NCBI RefSeq assembly: GCF_000022265.1
Contig: NC_011979.1
Coordinates: 3,120,001-3,152,000 of the forward strand
DNA: 32,000 bases
Direction: 5' to 3'
Source: Geotalea daltonii FRC-32
Lineage (GTDB): Bacteria > Desulfobacterota > Desulfuromonadia > Geobacterales > Geobacteraceae
The notes beneath the pieces were generated by a model. That model was not told the DNA's origin. It was given only the letters and a program-made list of their open reading frames with translations, and made no database searches. Of this stretch, positions 26,313 to 32,000 are shown piece after piece (position 1 is the stretch's first letter; every line of letters begins with the position of its first letter). The translations under genes were made by a program, and so were the position numbers.

Positions 26313-28703
26313 TTCCGAAGTTTCCACCAACTCTTCAAGTTCTTCATAGTCAAGCTCCATCAGCTCAAGGGAATCCGGTTCTCCCTCCAATGAAGCTATC
26401 TTCGAAGCCACTCCGGGAAAATCCGGATTAACTTTTTTCACTTCTTTGTAAATATCAAGAGCTTCACTGGGCCGACCAGATGTTTCACAAAGCAAAGCCA
26501 GCTCATACTTAAGTCCAAGCATATCTTCGTCAGTTGCCTCTTCCAGTGACATCGCCTCAAGCAGCATCTTTTCAGCCTGTTCAAAATCATTTTTCTCCCG
26601 ATAGCAGGCAGCCTGGAGGGAAGCGCAGTCCAACTTTCTTTTGGGGCTGGCAGAAGCACGCCTGAACTCCCCAATGGCATCATCATAAAGCCCCATTTCC
26701 TTATATGCAATGCCAAGATCGAAATGGGTTTCAGCATCGCCCTGGTTGGTCTGGTCATCCCTTTCAGTCAGCATCCCGTCCCAGGAATATTTTGCAGCTT
26801 TGACGCTGACAGCCGGTTCTTCCGCCAGAGTGAGAGACTCCTCGAATTCGTCGAAAAGCTGATCGATTCCTTTGCAAATGTCGATGTCAAATTTGTCTTG
26901 TTCGCCATCTGGCAGCTCATCCTCAATATCCAGCAAAGAAAGCTCGGGTAGATCTTCGGCTTCTTCCGGCAGCAGAACAAGATGCTCGTGCTCCGCGAGA
27001 TCGGTCGAGTCCAGCTCAAGCAGGTTTCCAGCCTCAGACACACTATGCAGTTCTTCAGGTTCCGCAAGCTCCTCTGCAAGCTCCAGTGACAGGGATTCAG
27101 CATCATCGACAACTTCGCAGATTTCTGCTGCAAGCTCCATTTCCGGCTCATCAAGGACCACATCCACTGCGGAAAATTCTTCTTCAGCAAGGTTCAGTGT
27201 TTCCGCTTCAGTTTTCCCATCGAACGGAACTTCTTCAGACAACAAGACATCTTCGTCAATTGCCAGCACATCTTGATCAGAGTGATCAATCTCTTCTGCC
27301 GCAGGCGTTAAATCTTCTTCTCCGGGCAATACTTCTTCCCCAGCTGAAAGTATATCGTCCTCAGATGGCAGGGCATCCTCTTCCAGAGCTGCCAACTCGG
27401 CAGCAACATCTTCCCCGTCATCTATGGAAAGATAGATATCCTCTTCCCAATCTCCCCCGCATTCAATTTCAGAAGCTTCAGCAGTTTCGACAAAATCGGA
27501 AAATTCTGCCGGTCCAGCGGGCATGCTTTCAATCCCCGGATTTTCCAAGCACCCGATTGCAGATTCGGCTGCCTCTTCTTCCAGGGAAAAAGTTTCCTCA
27601 GGCTTAGGTTCAACCCGTTGAATGCTATTTTCCAGCAAGGTCAGCTTTTCCGCCTCGCCACTTTGTTGGTAGAGTTCCTTTAGTCCTGTAACGATCCTTT
27701 CATCGTCTGACCATTCCCGAAGAGCCGTGTACAGGGCTTCCAGTGTGCCGAAAGCAGACTGCGCCAGAAAGAAGCCAGAGTGTTTGCCTAACAGTTCTAC
27801 CCCTTCCGCATATTTTTGTTCCGCCATGGCAGAACGGATAATTCCTTCACGGGCAAATAACTCGTCGGGAAAGAGGCGTATTATCAGGTCATAGGTGAGC
27901 CTCAGTTTTTCATGGTCTTCCTTGATCTGGTAAGCCTGGGTGAGCAGTTTCCACAGGGGGAGGTTCGTGCTGTCCTGCTTTATCAATCCGCTTAATTTGC
28001 CAATGGCATTATCCACATCTGATTTCACCAGTACGGCAAGGTCTTCGACTGAAAGCTTCGCACGATCAGGGAAAAGATTGGCAATTCTTGCTTCCATCTT
28101 CTCGGCAGCAGATTGATTGCCGGTGGTCTTCAGCAGGTTTGTCAGTCTCGTATATGCATCAAAGGCAGCGTCCGGCTCTCTCCTGGCAAAGAGAAGCTCA
28201 GCGTGTTTTTGGCAGGTGGCAAGATTTTCAGGATCCAGCTCCAGCATTTTTTCGACTGTCTTGACGGCATCGGCCAGTTGGGAGTTCTTCTCGAAGAAAT
28301 TGACGGCGGTCCTGTATTCGTCGAGGGCATTACCGGTCAGTCCCTGTTTGCCGTTAAGTGCAGCCAGGATGACGGTTATCTTGATATTATCGGGAGTAAG
28401 CTTCTGTATCTGCTTGTAGACGGCTATTGCCTTGAGATAATAGCCATTGTCATCGTAGAATTTGCCTATAACCTCATATTCCGTTACGGCCTCATCATTG
28501 CGCCCGGAACGAACCAGAAGCTCTGCAAGCCGCTGCCTGTGGCGGGTATCCTTGGGATCTAGTGCTACAACCTGTTGATAGTCCTTGATCGCTCGATCAA
28601 GCTGTCCCTTAAGGATAAATTTCTGTGCACTTTCCAGAAGTTTTTCTCTATTTGAAGCCAAAGAAGCACCTTCACCGTTAAAGTAGATATTACCGGTAGT
28701 CAA
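26298..28703 (-). CDS. Tetratricopeptide-repeat protein with a central hyper-acidic low-complexity region of about 270 aa
   Basis: TPR-like helices are present at both ends (AIKDYQQVVALDPKD..., HFDLGIAYKEMGLYDDAIGEFRRA...). The middle is D/E/L-rich. The only available start is TTG at 28703, so the start is uncertain. Confidence 0.75.
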   Translation of the reverse strand: MTTGNIYFNGEGASLASNREKLLESAQKFILKGQLDRAIKDYQQVVALDPKDTRHRQRLAELLVRSGRNDEAVTEYEVIGKFYDDNGYYLKAIAVYKQIQKLTPDNIKITVILAALNGKQGLTGNALDEYRTAVNFFEKNSQLADAVKTVEKMLELDPENLATCQKHAELLFARREPDAAFDAYTRLTNLLKTTGNQSAAEKMEARIANLFPDRAKLSVEDLAVLVKSDVDNAIGKLSGLIKQDSTNLPLWKLLTQAYQIKEDHEKLRLTYDLIIRLFPDELFAREGIIRSAMAEQKYAEGVELLGKHSGFFLAQSAFGTLEALYTALREWSDDERIVTGLKELYQQSGEAEKLTLLENSIQRVEPKPEETFSLEEEAAESAIGCLENPGIESMPAGPAEFSDFVETAEASEIECGGDWEEDIYLSIDDGEDVAAELAALEEDALPSEDDILSAGEEVLPGEEDLTPAAEEIDHSDQDVLAIDEDVLLSEEVPFDGKTEAETLNLAEEEFSAVDVVLDEPEMELAAEICEVVDDAESLSLELAEELAEPEELHSVSEAGNLLELDSTDLAEHEHLVLLPEEAEDLPELSLLDIEDELPDGEQDKFDIDICKGIDQLFDEFEESLTLAEEPAVSVKAAKYSWDGMLTERDDQTNQGDAETHFDLGIAYKEMGLYDDAIGEFRRASASPKRKLDCASLQAACYREKNDFEQAEKMLLEAMSLEEATDEDMLGLKYELALLCETSGRPSEALDIYKEVKKVNPDFPGVASKIASLEGEPDSLELMELDYEELEELVETSESGSQ

Positions 28704-28759
28704 ATTAGTTCAAACCCTGCGGCATGTCAAGGCTTATGAAGCCTAAACCTTTGGAATAC

Positions 28760-30667
28760 TTATCCTTGGCGGTCCTTTTCGAGCAGAGAGAGAATATGCT
28801 CCAGCTGCTTGATTTGTTGAACCGTCAATGGCTGTTCATGGTATACAGCTTCCCCGTAAATTGAAGCAAAATGCTGCACCAACCGGTCTCCGGTCTCTTC
28901 AGCCAACTCATATAAACCAACGGTACCTGGTTCTTTGGTGAGCGGATATTGCTTGCCGACAATCCTGAGAAAGTCGGAAAGGAGCCTTTCTTCCCTGGTT
29001 TTGACTCGCTTTGTGCTAATCAATCGGGCAAAGACAACAGCTGCCACAACTACCAGCAAAACAACAAAAATTTTCAAGTCAGCTATCTTCAGTTGTTTCA
29101 GGTTGCGACTGGCTGCACCAGCCAATGAAATCTGGCTCTCAAGATCGTAGGTAATGACTGCCCTGTTCCAGTAGTAACCAAAAAGGTCCAGGTAGGCTTG
29201 CAATTTTCGCATCATACCCTGGCTGCCCGCATCACTGCTGCGTACGGTATTCACCGCCCAGCGGGTCGGATCGACCGTTACCCATCCCTCCCCTGCCAGG
29301 TATACCTCCAGCCAGACATGGGCCATGTCTTCAGTTACCGTGTAATAGCGGCCAATGGGGTTATACTCGCCACCAAGATACCCTCCCACCAGGCGTGTTG
29401 GCACTTTTGCCAGCCTCAGCAAAGTTGCTGCAGAAACTGCAAAAAGCTCGCAATTTCCACTGCGTTTGTCAAAGAGAAAGGTGTCGATTGAAGATGAACC
29501 GGTCGGTAAATCGCTGGTGAGATAAATGAAGCTTTTTTTCCTGTAAAAGTCTTCCAAGCGGGAAAGTAACTGACGATGGTCCCGGTCTTGTCGCCTCAAG
29601 TCACGTGCCAGGTTCTTCATACGCGGAGATATGCCTGTCGGAAGCTTGAGGTAGAATTTTTGGTGTACCCCCCCGACAACACCGATCCTGTCGCCCATGA
29701 TGGATTCGACACTATAGCTGATGCGCCTTTGCGACTGATAGGGTTTGTAGAAAACCAGATCTCCGGACGCGATGGTCCTGGTTCCTGACAGCTGCCGGGG
29801 GATGTTTAACGTGATCAGGTACCTGTTTTGGGAAGGTTCAGGATAAATGGTCTGCCGTATAGTTGGTCCAGCTTTAATTCTGGAAACTTCACCGGCCGGA
29901 GGTTCAGTTCTGCTCCAGGTATTACCTGCGACCTGATTCAGGACGATGCCGCGCCAGTACAGCTGACTCTGTTCTACTCGGCTGCTTTCGGCCCGGAAGG
30001 CTACTATTTTGGCTGCGGCAGTGGAAGCAGTACCAGGTTCTATTTTATCACTGAAACCGGTGACCTTGGCAGATGGCTTCTGAACCAAATGCCACAGCGG
30101 ATACTGTGTCCTAGGGAGTATAAGAAAGAAAAAAGCCGTCAGAGGGATGATAGCCAAAGACATTAGCAGGGAAGAGGTCAATATCTTTTTCATCCCCGGG
30201 CAGCTGATATTCATTTGGGGGTCCTTCCCGTGAAAAGTCAACAGCACCATGGAAACCGTGATCAGCACCAACTGAACGAGCAGGTAAACAAGGAAAACAG
30301 CATCCAGACTATAGAGCGAAGAAGCGGCAAGTGCTATCAGGGCAAGCACGAAAACCTGCAGATGATTTCTTCCACTCTTCTCACTGATGAGCCTTACCCC
30401 GAGCAGTAGAATGATGGCATTCGCCGCTGGGGAAAGCACGTTGTCTCTACTGAACTGCACCATATAGAATGCAAAAAAAAGGATAGAAACCAGGGTGGTA
30501 ATAGATGCTGCCGGATATCGGTTCCGGTAATCGGCAAGGATCCCTGCAGCAAAGGCAGCCAAAAAGAGAAATCTGGGGGCTGGCTCAATGTACGGGAAAA
30601 GAGGTATGAACCCGAGCAGGGCTATGCAGAAGGTAAGAAAAAGAAGGGGGATCCTAATTCTGATCAT
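28760..30667 (-). CDS. Transglutaminase-like membrane protein (TgpA family: DUF3488 plus transglutaminase core)
   Basis: Multiple N-terminal TM segments. Transglutaminase catalytic region GNCELFAVSAATLLRLAKVPTRLVGGY...HVWLEVY...GWVTVDPT (Cys-His-Asp). Confidence 0.8.
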   Translation of the reverse strand: MIRIRIPLLFLTFCIALLGFIPLFPYIEPAPRFLFLAAFAAGILADYRNRYPAASITTLVSILFFAFYMVQFSRDNVLSPAANAIILLLGVRLISEKSGRNHLQVFVLALIALAASSLYSLDAVFLVYLLVQLVLITVSMVLLTFHGKDPQMNISCPGMKKILTSSLLMSLAIIPLTAFFFLILPRTQYPLWHLVQKPSAKVTGFSDKIEPGTASTAAAKIVAFRAESSRVEQSQLYWRGIVLNQVAGNTWSRTEPPAGEVSRIKAGPTIRQTIYPEPSQNRYLITLNIPRQLSGTRTIASGDLVFYKPYQSQRRISYSVESIMGDRIGVVGGVHQKFYLKLPTGISPRMKNLARDLRRQDRDHRQLLSRLEDFYRKKSFIYLTSDLPTGSSSIDTFLFDKRSGNCELFAVSAATLLRLAKVPTRLVGGYLGGEYNPIGRYYTVTEDMAHVWLEVYLAGEGWVTVDPTRWAVNTVRSSDAGSQGMMRKLQAYLDLFGYYWNRAVITYDLESQISLAGAASRNLKQLKIADLKIFVVLLVVVAAVVFARLISTKRVKTREERLLSDFLRIVGKQYPLTKEPGTVGLYELAEETGDRLVQHFASIYGEAVYHEQPLTVQQIKQLEHILSLLEKDRQG

Positions 30668-31484
30668 AGAGCGCCAACTCCGTCAGCAAGCGGAGCCTGT
30701 GTGATTTTGAGGCCTTCGGCTTTATTATCCTGTCACTGATCCTGAGGCCGACAGGGCGGTTGTCACGGATAAGACGGTTAATGAGAAATACTGCAGAGGA
30801 AAGGCGCGCCTCCAGGGTCGAACCTGGTAACAGGCGAGGGTCGAGGATCACAGGCTCTCCCCCCCCAGCGCTCATCTCTTTGACCTTTAACAGCGGGTGC
30901 TTTGCCGAGAGGCGCCAATGGATCATTTTAAGTGGATCGCCACCGGCATAATCCTTGATCCTGTTCACCTCTCCCTCCATCCCTCTGCTCAGCGGCAAAG
31001 GATCGGTGTTCGGTTGACCTTGTTCGGCTGCAGTTGCAAAAGAGGCATGGATGGGGGCTGGAAACACTATGAATTCATCTTCGAGGCGTAGACGGTTGCA
31101 TCGGACGAAGAAATTGACCGGAAAAGGGGAAAATACCAGCGCCTCTCCCATGGGTTGTAGCCCCCTATGGGTGAATTTGACGACGACGGAATCTGTTTCG
31201 GTGGAAGAGCTGCTTATGTAGTTGAAATCCGTAGACTTGCCACAGACCATGATCTGCAGGAGGAATGATGGCATGAGCCGTTTTGTGTTGGTAAGCTTAA
31301 TCACCGCAAGAGTTTCAGCACCGGCGTAAATCTCCTCGGGAAGAACTAACTGCAGTTTCAGGCCCCTTATATTGGCCCAACCGGCAACACCGGATACTGC
31401 CATGAATCCGAGCATTGCGGATACTATAAGGAAAAGAAGATTATTGCCGGTATTCACCGCGGCAAAACCGAGAAACAGCGTCAA
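30654..31484 (-). CDS. DUF58 domain-containing protein (MoxR-associated, vWA-like)
   Basis: The DYAGGDPLKMIHWRLSAK motif and N-terminal TM hairpin are typical of DUF58, as is its position between MoxR and TgpA. The track's TTG start lacks an SD. A strong AAGGGAGG (31508..31501) lies upstream with only non-canonical in-frame codons after it (ATT at 31496), so the start is uncertain. Confidence 0.8.
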   Translation of the reverse strand: MTLFLGFAAVNTGNNLLFLIVSAMLGFMAVSGVAGWANIRGLKLQLVLPEEIYAGAETLAVIKLTNTKRLMPSFLLQIMVCGKSTDFNYISSSSTETDSVVVKFTHRGLQPMGEALVFSPFPVNFFVRCNRLRLEDEFIVFPAPIHASFATAAEQGQPNTDPLPLSRGMEGEVNRIKDYAGGDPLKMIHWRLSAKHPLLKVKEMSAGGGEPVILDPRLLPGSTLEARLSSAVFLINRLIRDNRPVGLRISDRIIKPKASKSHRLRLLTELALYDQN

Positions 31485-31516
31485 TGCTATATAAATGCCA
31501 CCTCCCTTTGTTATCC

Positions 31517-32000
31517 TTAAGACAGCGGCACGGGTATCTTTTTTACGATTGACCGTAACAACTCCTCCTTGTCGAGGCTTTGGCTTTCTTCTTTCGTAAT
31601 GAGCCGATGGGAACCGACGGCGACGATTATCTCCCTCACATCCTCCGGGATGATGAAATCCCGTCCCTCCAGGTAGGCCACCGACCTGGCTGCGTCGGCC
31701 AGATTGATCCCTCCCCTGGTGGATATACCCGACAGTACCAGGGGATGGTCGCGAGTCGCGGCAATTATGGCAAAAATATAGCCAACAATATTATCGGCCA
31801 AATGGATTCGTCCCCTGATTTCTCCCTGGGCGGCAATAATATCCTCTTGAGTAAGCATTGCCTGGATAGTACGGATCTCATCGCGAAGGCTACCATACCT
31901 GATAATTGATTTTTCCATGTCCTCCGGTGGATAGCCGATGCCGGTCCTGATTATGAACCTGTCCAGTTGGGATTCCGGAAGCGGATAAGTTCCCACCTGT
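31517..32000 (-). CDS. MoxR family AAA+ ATPase, C-terminal part (N-terminus outside the window)
   Basis: PLPESQLDRFIIRTGIGYPP (AAA_3 sensor region) and a C-terminal lid domain. It is upstream of the DUF58/TgpA genes, as in canonical MoxR operons. Confidence 0.85.
   Translation of the reverse strand, partial: QVGTYPLPESQLDRFIIRTGIGYPPEDMEKSIIRYGSLRDEIRTIQAMLTQEDIIAAQGEIRGRIHLADNIVGYIFAIIAATRDHPLVLSGISTRGGINLADAARSVAYLEGRDFIIPEDVREIIVAVGSHRLITKEESQSLDKEELLRSIVKKIPVPLS

Noticed and set aside
26850-27620. Repetitive-looking GAA/GAG/CTC-rich DNA that could be a tandem repeat or CRISPR-like array.
   Set aside because: No fixed-length unit or spacer periodicity is visible. It is the coding sequence of the D/E/L-rich acidic linker of the TPR protein, i.e. 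compositional bias rather than a DNA repeat. No CRISPR array is present anywhere in the window.

Overview
Calls come from reading the ORF translations and the DNA by eye. No database search was run.

The window has two parts.

(A) 1..13668 is an accessory defence island abutting the 3' end of the tmRNA gene (ssrA, 13669..14021, minus strand). Every gene in it is on the minus strand. Reading away from ssrA:
- an AbiEi/AbiEii type IV toxin-antitoxin pair;
- a DUF2726 plus topoisomerase-type zinc-ribbon protein that lacks a usable start codon;
- a type I R-M operon, hsdR-hsdM-hsdS. The M subunit (818 aa) and the S subunit (644 aa) are both much longer than usual;
- an ABC-type ATPase and an HNH nuclease (Septu PtuA/PtuB-like), translationally coupled to the end of hsdS;
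- an unknown gene split by a 1-nt frameshift in a T4 run;
- the first 67 codons of a GIY-YIG (DUF4357-type) nuclease, which runs off the left edge.
No integrase or att repeat is visible in the window.

(B) 14.0..32 kb is ordinary core chromosome: smpB, a ComEA-like HhH protein, an amidohydrolase, panC, panB, a GAF-containing MCP, pfk, a ROK glucokinase, a HIT protein, maeB (+), a TonB-like protein (+), an acidic TPR protein, and a TgpA-DUF58-MoxR operon. Gene content and the tmRNA tag (ADNYDYALAA) look Deltaproteobacteria/Desulfuromonadota-like, but that placement is low confidence.

The most interesting signal is the five-gene overlapping operon hsdR-hsdM-hsdS(extended)-ATPase-HNH. It looks like a hybrid of a type I R-M system and a Septu-like system, and the HsdS tail and HsdM insertion are unexplained. 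Secondary signals are two genes needing a frameshift at T-runs, a structured leader with a terminator directly upstream of panB (a candidate pan RNA motif), and short repeat arrays around ssrA.
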